DNA of 64,000 bases. It comes from Heteronotia binoei. Taxonomy: Eukaryota. The DNA is taken from the NCBI RefSeq assembly GCF_032191835.1, contig NC_083229.1:79298001-79362000 (forward strand), given 5' to 3'. Below are positions 26,101-37,931 of the stretch, in pieces. The first letter of the stretch is position 1. Each line of letters opens with the position of its first letter. The translations under genes and the position numbers were made by a program. The notes under the pieces are model-generated. The model was not told the DNA's origin and did no database searches. It worked only from the letters and a program-made list of their open reading frames with translations.

Positions 26101-28984
26101 GTGGTAGCAGTAAAGATGCTGTGTTCAAATTGGACAATTTGTAACATAAGCCCTAGTTCCTGATTGGCTGCTCCCTAGAGGAAGACTTGGAGTCAGTTAG
26201 CTGCAGCTTCCCCACAACTGGGTGCTGCCCCTAATATATCTTCCATATTGCTTCCTGACTCACTGAATCCGGCCTATATCATAACTGAAAGATGACACAG
26301 GTATATCATGGTTCTATATGTACTGTGGAGCTAGTAGACTTGTCCACCAAGGGCAAAAAAATGAAGAATCCCTGCTCCCCCCACTAGTGGCATTCTCCTG
26401 CTGCTACTGCTTTTTCTTGTGGATACAAGAAGACAGCTCTGATACCATCATCTCTTCACAGTGCAGTATTCAGACATTGTGTTGCCTTCTTCAAGCAGCC
26501 ACAAGATCTGTTCTTTATATCGGTTTCTAGAGCATAAGCCCCCGTTCCCATGTTACCCACATGATGCAGATGCCACTGCAATAATGTTCCTTTCCATGCA
26601 ACTGGAGTAATGTTAGAAGTCCTGTGCTATGTGGAAAGATGATCTTCTGGCTCCTGCATATGGCAGCATCAACTCTTGGGAAACTAGATTGACACAGGCA
26701 TGGGAAAGTCTTGAGCAGATTTCCCCTACCTAGTTGAAAGAGATTCACTTTAATGCAGGCTTTGGAGGGGTCTCAGCATTCTGATTAAAGCAGGTAGACA
26801 GGGTTTCAAGATATACATTACATGTATAGTCTGGGGATTCTAGGAGCAAGCACCATCATCTGTCTTGTCCAAGAGAAAATGCTGATAAAATTTGTATTCC
26901 CTGCTCAAAGGATGGGTTTCAGTAGCTTGTAATGAATTATCAGTTCTTCTTTAATTCAAATTGTATATGTAAGTCTGAGGACTTCAATCCTTCCACTCAC
27001 TCCTCATGTTGCAGATGTTGGCCATAGGTGACCAGCAAGCCAACTGATGGACTCTCTCTTCTCCCCTCTCCCTCCCAGCCATCTTGGTTTGCCCTCCCAG
27101 GCATTTTAATAGCATCTGAGGAGTGCTCAAAATAGCCTAAAAAATAATGGCCAGGATACCTCAAGTTAACTGTCATGGTCCCTGGATATAACCTTTTCCA
27201 GGGAGTCCTGATTGTGGTGCTGTGGAAGGCGGGGATCAGAAGTTAAAGGAAAAACCCTCACCTGCTGGCTGGCCACCACAGCCAACTGCTGCCTTCACAA
27301 GGTAAAGAGGAGAAGGAATGAGGTCCTCCGAGTCATTCTGAATACAGAAATGGGCTCAGAAAAAGCCAAGCAAGATGCCAACTTTGGGGAAAGCTTTCCC
27401 AATATGAATTTCAAATTGAGCTCAAAATTGACCTCATCTGCATAGAAAAGCACAAGATGAGGGCCTCTGGTATTTTCTGGGAGCAAGAACACGCAGTAGT
27501 CAGGAATCTCATCACTGGTCCTAATGGCTGGGACAACATAGAAGGGGCCTTGTCCAAAAAGTCAGGGCAAGGGACAGTGGTTCACATGCATCAAGCAGCA
27601 ACGAGCATCTTGAATTACTGCCAGCAGAGGAGCCCAGCAGCCCTTTTCCTTCCGGTAGATAGGATTAGCCTCAGCTTCCTGGACACTAGTAGATGCACAA
27701 CAATGCCCTAGATATTCTTTGTAGAAAAGGTGAGGTAATTAGTATCAGTGGTATTCTTGTACTGCCAAGGCAGTCCTCTTTGGTTATTTTGTGCATTTTA
27801 AAGGTTTATTAAGGAGATAAACAGATAACAAGGGGCAAACAAGAGGGAGAATAAAAATCAGTCTCTTGATCACCATTCTACAACCTCAAAGTGAAGGAAT
27901 AATCCCGTGCCACCCAAATTCATTGTCCTCCTTCAGATGTGGTTTTCACAGTTCAGCTGCTGTACATCTGGAGAAAAGATATATTGTACGCTATTGACAG
28001 AGTTTGCTAAAGCAAGATATTTCCAGAGCTGAACCTGTATTTTAAGAGAAACTCACATTTGTATCCTTTATTGTGATATTTGGCGGCAAGTCTACAGCTA
28101 GTAACAGTCTCTGCCCTGCAGCTATGAAGGAGTAAGACTCCATTGTTGGAGAGAGAGTGGTGCTCTGTGTAAAAACCTGAGATGTGGTAGGCAAGATGAA
28201 TCGCGCTTGAAAGCAGTGCTCGCGGTGCTGTCATTTAGAACAGGAACACTGAAGCTTTAAACGAAAGTGAAAGGCAGGATAAACGCCCCCTTTAAAAGTG
28301 GTAAAATTCTTAAACTGCCTACAACAACAAATCTTCTCCATTGATGACTTAGCTGAGGGCAAGACAATTTGGCAGAGGATGGCTCTCCCTTGGGATGGGA
28401 GGCACAGAATCTTCTTTTTTAATGTAAATAAAATCATTTTTTTAACCGTATGAGCTAGTATTACATGAAATAGCATGTCCCAGAAACTGTATAAAGTGTA
28501 GAAACTGACTTCTCTAGATGCTCAAACTGTTTTATTGAAAGCTTTAAGAAAGATATTTTCTAACTATTTCTAATGCCTCTGTGTGGTGCACTTGATTAGT
28601 TTGTTTAGTAGTTCCTGACCAATATGCAGGTGTTTGGAACCCACACAATGGTGACAGTTCAGAATCAAGAAGGAATCAGAAGAAGATGGATATCAAATGC
28701 ATGCCCATTGTCACAAGATCAACACTCCTCTCTTTCACTAGTGTTCATCTTGACACAAAGCTGACCTCAGACATTGTCCATGCATTTACTGAAAGCATAG
28801 AAAGGGGGCAGAATTGCATCCACTGGCCATGAGGGGAATGCATTCTGCTGAAATGTCTGCTCCAAGCCCCTGTATGCATATGGTCCTCCATCTGATCTAG
28901 AGTTACCGTCATTGTGGGAGAAAATGTAGGAATACTGAAGCCATTAGAAGCGATACAACTACATATGATATCAGCACCAGATTG

Positions 28985-29135
28985 TTTTAATGATTGTTTT
29001 AATTATTGAATTTTAAATTGTCGTATTAATATTATGCAATTTTTAAATTGATCGTTTTCATTTCATTGTTGTGTGCCGCCCTGAACCTGCTCTGGCGGGG
29101 AGGGCGGGATATAAATAAAATTAAATAAATAAATC
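28985..29135 (+). mobile_element. L2-like LINE 3' tail
   Basis: AT-rich UTR, then GCCGCCCTGAACCTGCTCTGGCGGGGAGGGCGGGATATAAATAAA(TAAA)n, homologous to the 50835 copy. Confidence 0.7.
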
Positions 29136-30252
29136 TGTTGAGGTGCCTGCTTTTTTGGCAGGAGTTTCCAGACTATGTGGAGGAGCCTCTGCACAAAGGG
29201 GCAAGTAAACCTCTGAAGAAGGCTATTCCTCCCCCCCCCCCGCCCCCTCAATTCATGTCCTGGTGTTACTTTAAAAGAAGGCAGTGCTAAAGAAATATAT
29301 ATAGCAGAGTTATATTCTTCCTGCTGGTCAAGTTATTGGATTCAGGGAATTGCAGCCCTGCTTTCCTGTTGTTTCTGAGCTGTCTTGGACTTTAGAGAAT
29401 TTTCACTTCCATGTTAAACTGCCAATCAGTACACTTTCCACAGTGAGGCACTTCCACTGACTCTCCATATTGTCTCCTCCATAAGGCAACATAAAAATCA
29501 GCCCAGTGGCTCTGTTGTTATGTTGCTAGTTTGCTAGTTAAGTAGTAGGGGAATTCCCATGGGTAAGTTGCAGGAGATGCCTAAGAAGTGTGGAGTGGGG
29601 GGCACCAATCAGCATCATGCAAGCTTACTGTTCCTGACTGACCAGCTGCCATAGTGGTGAAGTGAAGTGAGATAGCTGGTCAGCAAATGAAAGTTTTCAC
29701 ATTGCTGGTTAAGACCCCACATGTCTCTGCTATTACTTCTTGACATTTTGGGCAGGAAGTACACTAATCCCCCCCGCCTAAGTGCCTACTGCATTACATC
29801 AGTAACCTCACCACCACCACTTGTTGCATGTTTTCTCAAATTACTGCTCACTGTTTGAGAAAAACTGTGGTTTAGATATGTAGGTGTCACACAGCAGGGG
29901 ACCAGGAAGGGTCCACCATTCTGGCTGCCACCACTCTGGTAAGAGTCTGTATTGGAAGGCCCATAGCACCCACCCAACCTCTGTAACTTCCCAATTAGCA
30001 TTTACCTTTTAACCATGATCAAAGAGACTTGAGAACCCAGGCAGTTTCACAAGAAGTTTATTTTAAGTGCTCTAGAACAACAAGTGGGTAGTAAAACATT
30101 TACTGCAACAATGAATAAAGAAACTGAAGGTTGGTGCAAAGAAATAAACAGCCCTGACACAACTAAGTGGATGTGTTCCTTCTTCTAACTTCAAACTCAC
30201 CCTCATTGTATGAAAGATCCCTTTATGGCTTCAGGCTGTCTCCAGCTCCAGA

Positions 30253-30545
30253 GAAAGCCAGTTTGGTGTAGTGGTTAAGTGTGTGACCTCTTATCTGGGA
30301 GAACCGGGTTTGATTCCCCGCTTCTCCACTTGCAGCTGCTGGAATGGCCTTGGGTCAGCCATAGCTCTCACAGAGTTGTCCTTGAAAAAGGCAGCTTCTG
30401 TGAGAGCACTCTCAGCCCCACCTACCTCGCAGGGTGTTTGTTGTGAGGGAGGAAGATAAAGGAGATTGTGAGCTGCTCTGAGATTCGGAGTGGAAGGCGA
30501 GATATAAATCTAATATCATCTTGTTGTTGTTGTTGTCCTTCTTCT
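30253..30545 (+). mobile_element. Squam3-like SINE, full length
   Basis: GCCAGTTTGGTGTAGTGGTTAAG A box, GGTTTGATTCC B box, conserved body, (TTG/CTT)n tail. Confidence 0.9.
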
Positions 30546-30809
30546 GTGGCTCTTCCAGAGTGAACTACTTCCCTCTCCAGCCAGGCTTATTTGTGCTTTC
30601 CTCCCAGGTCTCACCCCTTCTTGGTGAGTTCTCCCTCCAAAACTCTACTACCCAATCAGAGGGACAGAAGGGATCCTGGGAGATATAGGCCCACTAGCAA
30701 CTCCCACACAGGCTTCCTTGGAGCCTGTAGGCTGCACTATACCTAGGAACATGACAGCAGGTAAAGGCGGTTCTCAAGAATTTAAAATTCAGGATCAGTG
30801 TCTGTTTAT

Positions 30810-30850
30810 TTGAATAAAACTTCTTTGGCATGAAAGGTGCCACTGGACTA
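30810..30850 (+). mobile_element. Penelope-like terminal fragment
   Basis: TTGAATAAAACTTCTTTGGCATGAAAGGTGCCACTGGACT, similar to the copy at 20660. Confidence 0.5.
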
Positions 30851-30884
30851 AAAAAAAATTTCTTTTATTTCTACTGTATTTATT

Positions 30885-31075
30885 TATTTGCTTCATTCAT
30901 TCCCATGCCTTTTACCCCATTGGGGCTCCCAAGTGGCTTACATTGTTCTCTTCATTGTTTCCTCACAACAATCATGAAAGTTAGGTTAGGCTGAAGTCAT
31001 CCAGCAAGTTTCCATAGCAGAGTGGAAATTCAAACCTGGATCTCCCAGATTCTAGTCCGATACTCTAACCAGTGG
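30885..31075 (-). mobile_element. Older Squam3/MIR-like SINE
   Basis: AAGTGGCTTACA..CCTCACAACAA..GTTAGGCTGA..TTCAAACCTGGATCTCCCAG..CTAACCA on +. Confidence 0.65.
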
Positions 31076-33514
31076 TCCATCTAGTCCAGCATCCTGTCTC
31101 TCAAAGTGGCCAGTCTGTTCCTCTGAGTCTACACAATATTGTAAATGAGACTGCCCTATAGATCTATACAGGGGCATAACATAACAATGTTTCATTCTCA
31201 ATCCCTTTCCTAATCATCCCTAACATGAGGGTTTGCCTTTTTTCATTGCTGCTTTCATGGGGCTTGGTCAAGCTGTCTCCTGCCTCTCCGCCCTCAGTCC
31301 TCTTGCCTCCTAGCCTTTGCCCAATCGGTCACTAATACTTTGTGTCAGAAGCTGAGCTAGAAGGCTGCCAGTGATGGGGAAGAGGGAGAGGGATGTGACC
31401 AGACTGGGAAGAATAAAAGGAAGCAGAGGAGCTGAGGTCGGGGAGGAAAACAGCTGGGAGCTCTGCAGTTGTGGAGCAGAGCACCAGCAGGAAGGAGGAG
31501 GAAAGAGACTGCTCATGGATCAGATAAGAGCCTGATTCGTTTGGTGAACCATATCTTTGACACGTCTGCTCTAAACACTAGACCATGCTGGCTTCCTCTT
31601 AAGGAGTGATTAAAAAAAAAAACTAGAAGCAAAAATTTACCTCCATGTGAAGACAGGTACAATGTCAGGATAGATGTCATTAAACCAATATATGAGGATT
31701 TGGTGTACAGCAACAACTGAAAGGCTTGGATCCAGTGCATCATGCACAGAAAACTTCTTGAGCTAAGTATAATTCTGTTCATTCTCAGCCGTTTGTGCTA
31801 TAAAACTCACTTGCACAAGCGGTATTGTATGCACACTTGCTAATGCTCCCACATTTCTCCTTTTGCTGTTGGCTGTGCCTGTGCAAATCAGGATTCAAGG
31901 CCAAGTGACTAATTGTGCTTTTAAAAAAAAAAACTTTTAAAGGGGAGGGGATGTACAAATTGAAAGATTAATCCCACAAAATGCACCAGCTCTCTCTCTC
32001 TTTCTCCATAGATATACCACACCATATAAAGAAATGCTGGTCCCATTAAATATTAGCAGTGCTTTTTGCTTTGCTTTGAGTTTGTCAAGGTGAAAGGTGA
32101 TTGTGCAGGAAAATGGAACAGTATATTTGCAGTGAGACAGGCAGTAAGAACTCACTCCCATGCTCAGTTATAATTCATGACTGTACTGGTGGGAAGCCCT
32201 TATCCCTCTGTGGAGTTAATGCATCTCTACTGTAGCCTGCTGAGAGCACCCTGCGTCCCCTCCCACCATCTGTGCATTCACTTGCGTGCCTTCGCTGGTT
32301 CTTTTTACCGTGAGATCTCTTGGTGTTAAAACTGTCAAACTACTTCTGCCTGGTAGAAGTGGCTTGATGATGTGTATTAATGTTAAATTGTCGTATAAAT
32401 GGAAAAGAGATGGCAGAGAGATTTATTACAGGCTTCTTTTAGAAAATACTGTACCGACGGGTGTCAAGGAGTATCTGCTTCTTTTAGACTGATTCCCTGA
32501 CTTAGGGAGTCTCTCATTTGCTTGCCTTCCTTGATGGAATCTCCCATACAAGAAGGTGAGCAAAATGTTTTTCGTTTGCCTCAATTGTTTGGCTTTTTTT
32601 GCATTCTTGTGATTTAAACTGTCATATTTACCCACTCATCACTTAATTTGCACAGGTAACTATTTTCACTTCTCTATGTTTATCCTGTCCCAATTAAGGC
32701 AGCCTACTCAGAAGCATAGAGTTAATTGCTTCCACATGTCCCAATGTATGGGAATCACATGACCAGAGACTATTAAGCAATCAGAATCCATATTCTAAAA
32801 TAGGCCCTATATGAAGATTTTTATTGGGCAGGAGGCTGTCTGAAGGGACTGAGTTGTGACAAGATCCTTGCTTGCCGCATAGGAGGGTCAGAATTGGACC
32901 ATGGAGATTTGAGATGGCACGCTATTATTGTGACCCCTTGCTGCTGCCCTCCGTTCTGCAACAACAAATCAGATGGAAATATATATACTTTATATCAATG
33001 CAACAAGATTTATTTATGGATTTCGCAGCATGTGTTGTTGCAGTTTGTTGTTAACACATCTTTAAAACATAAATCAAATCTAGACCTCAGATGGCAGTGA
33101 ATAACTTTAACAGATGTGATGTCATAAGAGGCTCAGTGTGTTGTGAACTGCAGAAATGACCTTTTTAAAAATATGTATCAGGCTTTTGGTTTATTCCAAG
33201 GAGGTTTTGGAGGCACAAAAGCAAGGTAAAAGGTCAAACATTAAAACAGCAGTAGCCACACATCCTCCTGATACTTTGACATTTTGTGCAACTATTATGA
33301 AATCTCTTTCTCTAAGCATTTGGTGAGGTTTTCCATGCAATTACTTTATAGTGCAACGGATGAGTAATTCATTTGCTTCACAGGATCAAAACGGCTTCCC
33401 TTAAGGCCGTTCTTTTATTTTGAATATGATTGGAGGTGCGTGGGGTTTTGTTTTTTCCTTTTCACTACATAAACCAAAATATAGGTTTTGGGATTATATT
33501 CTTTTCTTCTGATT

Positions 33515-33633
33515 GGGGAAGGCAATGGCAAACCACTGTGTAACAGAAAGTCTGCCAAGAAAACGTCATGATGTGACGTCACTCGATGAGTCAGTAAGGA
33601 CTTGATGTTTACACAGGGGATTATCTTTACCTT
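33515..33633 (+). mobile_element. BovB/Sauria-SINE type 3' tail
   Basis: GGGGAAGGCAATGGCAAACCAC..CACAGGGGATTATCTTTACCTT. Confidence 0.75.
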
Positions 33634-34392
33634 CTTCAGCTAACAAGTCTATTGTGAGCTGGAGAGCTGTGGGTGTACAAGAATCACAATACCTTTTCCA
33701 CAGTGCTTGTAACATCATTGCTGGGCAAATGGAATATCAAAAACACCCTAAATCCATACCACCTCTGAATTGCTGATTTTGGGTGAGGGGTGCCTAAAAT
33801 ATACGTATATGTGCTTGCTTGTGAGCTACAGCAACAATGGAGTGCTCAGCCACTGGTTGTTTTTAAAATGCAGAATAATTGCCCCCTTTTCTTCTGCTGA
33901 TCTGCCATTTCCTGACTCTGAATGAAACTGATCAAGCCAGAAGTGTTTTGTCAGAAGAGACCATCCAACTTGGTTTGCAGTAGAAACAAGTTGGAACCAA
34001 CTGCATATTGTTGCCCCCTTCATTAGTCCTTTACAGAAGGACTGGGTATCATGTGCAAGTTTTTTATAGGGCTGTTGGAAGTAGAACGCTGCACAACAAA
34101 ACTGGAGGGGGTGGTTCCATCTGAAAAGGCATGGTGTAATCACTGAAGTATGATGCTGAAGTTCCACAGGATAAAAATAAAAGTAGGGCAAGAATGACCT
34201 GAGTAGGTCATTGTCCAGGTTTTTCTAGGTGAAAGATCACTTTGCGATGACATGGCAGAGTAGTCAGGTTGAAGTCCTACTTGATATTTTATTAATCTTG
34301 CACCAGGATAAATCCTGAAATTCTGACAAACTCCATGACAGGTGAAATTCCTCCTTGCAGAATGTGCTCAGCAAGAGGCTGCTCATTTTGTT

Positions 34393-34524
34393 NNNNNNNN
34401 NNNNNNNNNNNNNNNNNNNNNNNNNNNNNNNNNNNNNNNNNNNNNNNNNNNNNNNNNNNNNNNNNNNNNNNNNNNNNNNNNNNNNNNNNNNNNNNNNNNN
34501 NNNNNNNNNNNNNNNNNNNNNNNN
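34393..34524. other. Assembly gap (N run)
   Basis: Run of N. Confidence 1.
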
Positions 34525-36399
34525 TGGAAAGCAATCTCCTGCAGACTGGCACTGAAGTGAGCTTTAAACTACTATTTTCTGCTCTCCAGAGGAGCCTGGA
34601 GTACTAAAAGATAGATGGACTGCAGATATTTTATGAGAAACTGTCAGAAGAAGAGCAGGGTAAATGTTTTTTTTTTCCCCTATCTTTTTTGAGCCATGCA
34701 CTACATCATTGTACAATTTCTTCCAGAGTCTTGTACATTTAAGAGAAGAAATTAATTGGTTGCTAATGATAATTTCTTTTCCTGGGTCCCCTCTTTTTCA
34801 CTCGTTTAATTCTGTTTTATTCTTTTTAAAATATTCACTCGGAGGCCCTCTGCTTAACCACAGTTGCAGAAAATCAGTACCATTTGCACTGAAATATTTA
34901 TAATGACAGAATGAAAAATTGGATTCATTTTCTGGCTTGTAGCCGAACAGTCGGCAACTTTGTGCAGCATTGTTTAGCATCTCTCTTTCTTAGTTCTTTT
35001 TTTCTGGGAATTGTCTTTCTGCACATGCACAAGCAGGAGATGCTTTGTAGGAATGCATGGGAAAACATCATCTCTCTCTTAGTCTGTCTAATCTCAGCAA
35101 TGAGAAAGCAAGTATTGTACAACCTGTCAACCATTTATAGTATGTGTTGTGGGGGGGAGAGAAGGTGGAACAAGTAGGGAAGATTAAGAAAGATGACATA
35201 CAGTAATCTATTTTGTGCAAGGGAGCAGTGCACAGATGGAATTCAGAGGCTTACTTCAGTGTATTTGTTGATAGGTAATGTGTTGACTAACATTAAATGG
35301 AATGCCTGGAACTTCCTGCTCATTCTTGTTCTATCAGTGACTCTTGAGTGCCAGACTAGATGTTGCAAACTAGATGTATAAGACACAGAGACAGGTATTA
35401 CTCCTGTCCTTTACTCAACAGAGAAAAGCAGCTTGGAAAGCTGATAGTGAGTGGAATAATGGCCAGAAACAAAATGGTTTACCAGCTGTCCCTGCATTCT
35501 TCCACCCAAACTGGCCAAGTGCTGAGGTTGCATTGGGACACTGTTACCCACATTCCCTATGTAATGTCTGGTTGTGAAAAGTTGTGGTGTACATAAAGCC
35601 AGTTTTTAAAAACCACTTTCTGCTTATGCTTTGGGAATTCTACATAGACAAATGCTGCATACAGTTTAAACATATCAATACACAAATAAGTTCTTACAAC
35701 ACAAAGAAGTGAAGTTTTTGTGACTTATTTTTTATTTGGAAACCATGTTTGAATGGAGAAAAGAGTATCTGATACAGACTGCCAGATCAGGAATATGCAG
35801 AAGACCTTCTACACATCAGAGATAGTTTCTTGAAACAAATTGCATTGTTGCAACAGGATTTGCTCTATTGCCTTCCTGTAGCCAGTTCAAGGTGCAGGTT
35901 ATGACATACAAATTCATAAATGACCTGGGCTGAAATTACCATTGTGACAAACTTCATTGCTCCCTCAGTCGGAATAAAGAGGTGGACACAAGTGAGTTGG
36001 TAAAACTATGGGCCGCTTCATTAAATAAACACAGCAGCGGCAACCAAACTGCGGCCAGGTCAGGGCCAGGGGTCTCCAAAGACCGCTCCCCTGCCTTTTA
36101 ACGGGCGAGAGACCCGGCCCCCCCCAGCCAGAGCTATGTATCACAGCTCCCATCAGGCAGGCCCAGCAGGGAGGCACGCACCAGAGGGCCCAGTCACCAG
36201 ACACGCATCTCAGCAAAAGGCACCCATCCGATCGAGTCTCCAGGACAGTCTGCATTCACACACCTTGGGTCGCCAATACCCAAAGGTTGATCCTGCCAGA
36301 CCCCTAACTCCCCAAAAGGGGGAGGCTAACTGGTCCTCCCCAGGCTGCATGGCACCATAAACCCAGTAAAACTTGCCACAACTAAGGCCAAGTCTCTAC

Positions 36400-36975
36400 T
36401 TAGGGCTTAGCACTCACTGGAAGGCTCAACGCCAACGCAAACCCTTGCCAAAGATCCCTCAGGAAAAGCATATTACCCTTTTCCGAGAGATGTACCCCAT
36501 CCCCTCTGTAGAGGTCAGGATACTTCATAGAAATATCTGGATGGGGCAAATAGTGGCCCCAACCACCCTCCAATGCCTTATAAATCTCCTTATTCGCTCT
36601 GTAACGAGTCCTCTCTATCCCAGCTGGATTCCAAGCACTGCACCACAGCAAGCGCGGAATCATGGCCATCTCTTCCTAATGTATTTGAAATCGTCTCGAG
36701 CTTGCAAGATCAAAGCCTTGCCCTTAATCAGGCCGAGATCATCCCCCCCAGGTGAATAATTAAAACCTGAGGAGGCAGGACCACACTCCCATGAAATAAA
36801 AGTGGAAGCAAACCAGGCCACTGAAGACCTCAGCACCCCCGCCATTCCACAGTAACATATTGGCTGAGTCCCAGCTGAGAGCCAACAGCAGTTCTCTGAG
36901 CCTGATGTGCCGCCCAAAACACATAACTGTGCCTACAGATAAGAACTCAGCTCCTCCGGCCAGGAACAACAGCAT
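36400..36975 (-). pseudogene. SGNH/GDSL hydrolase (esterase) ORF of the Ngaro element, disrupted
   Basis: Reconstructed across three frames: AVVPGRRS*VLICRHSYVFWAAHQAQRTAVGSQLGLSQYVTVEWRGC*GLQWPGLLPLLF..VLIIHLGG / DLGLIKGKALILQARDDF..RWP / MIPRLLW..YRGDGVHLSEKGN. Block I (G>R)HS, block III GG(N)D and block V DxxH are recognisable. Confidence 0.88.
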
Positions 36976-37002
36976 CTAAAGAGAAAAAAACAAACAAGTT
37001 AT
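36976..37002 (-). other. Predicted 3' splice acceptor preceding the hydrolase
   Basis: Minus strand ATAAC (candidate branch point), then TTGTTTGTTTTTTTCTCTTTAG|ATGCT. Confidence 0.65.
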
Positions 37003-37041
37003 AAAACCTAAACAGAACTACCCTAACTCCACTGAACAAAG

Positions 37042-37931
37042 CTAAGAGTGGAGCAAAGAGCGAATATAACACTTATAAGCCCGAGACCGCCAACGGCCAA
37101 GGCGCTGGATGGACAAGGAAGAATATCTCAAAGCCACGGCCGTAGAGACCGCCCCAATTCTAAAGGAGTGGGTACCACTAAGGCCCTAGACGTCACTGCC
37201 CAAAACTGATGTTTTGTCAGAGGGCTGCCTCCAGAATGACAAAACAACAACCCTTCGCAGCCTCCCCGCACCGCCAAATAATCAGCCAATGCAGAAACCG
37301 GGCAAAGCTCCACCTCCGAACAAGGACCCAGCTCCACTACAGTCCCAATGCCCTGCTGGTCCATCTTGGAACGGCGAACGGTAAGAGCCGCCTTACCCCC
37401 TGTCAACCTAACATCCCTAAGTGACAACGCCCTACCAGAAACATCCTTCCTGGAGCTTGCCACTAACTCACTGATCCTAAGTGCCCCAAAAAAGGCCACC
37501 AAAGAGGCTGCATGAAGCAAAACAGCCTCAAAGTGAGATGCACAAACTGCACTCCAAACCCCCTTCAAACCCCTAAGAATCTCAGGAGACATAGGGGTCC
37601 TGGTGTCAGGATTAGGCCCAACCTCTCTGGACCACCCTTCCAGCATCTTTCAAATACGAAAATCTGCTGTTTCCTCCTTATACCCCAACGCCTTGCTAGC
37701 AAAAGCAAGCGCAGACAGGTGTCCTCTAATCGATCGCATGGCCAATCCCTTACCTTTTAAGGAAACACAATAATGGAGCAACAGCTCCACTGGGAGGGGC
37801 CAAAAAATGTGATACCCTGCCTCGGCCCTAAAGTCTTCAAACTGCCGCACAGCACGTTTGTAAGACTTTCTGGTGCTATGCGCAATGGCTATGCCTATCG
37901 CTCTGCAGGCCTCTGCTCTCCAATCAGCCAT
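37042..37931 (-). pseudogene. Tyrosine recombinase ORF, disrupted
   Basis: N-terminal STRKSYKRAVRQF..SALAF, a TGA at 37650-37652, FFGALRISELV (catalytic R), RSKMDQ and CPV. After a deletion/frameshift near 37175 it reads HSFRIGAVSTA..IQRLGRWRSRAYKCYIR (HxxR, W and Y). Confidence 0.93.
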
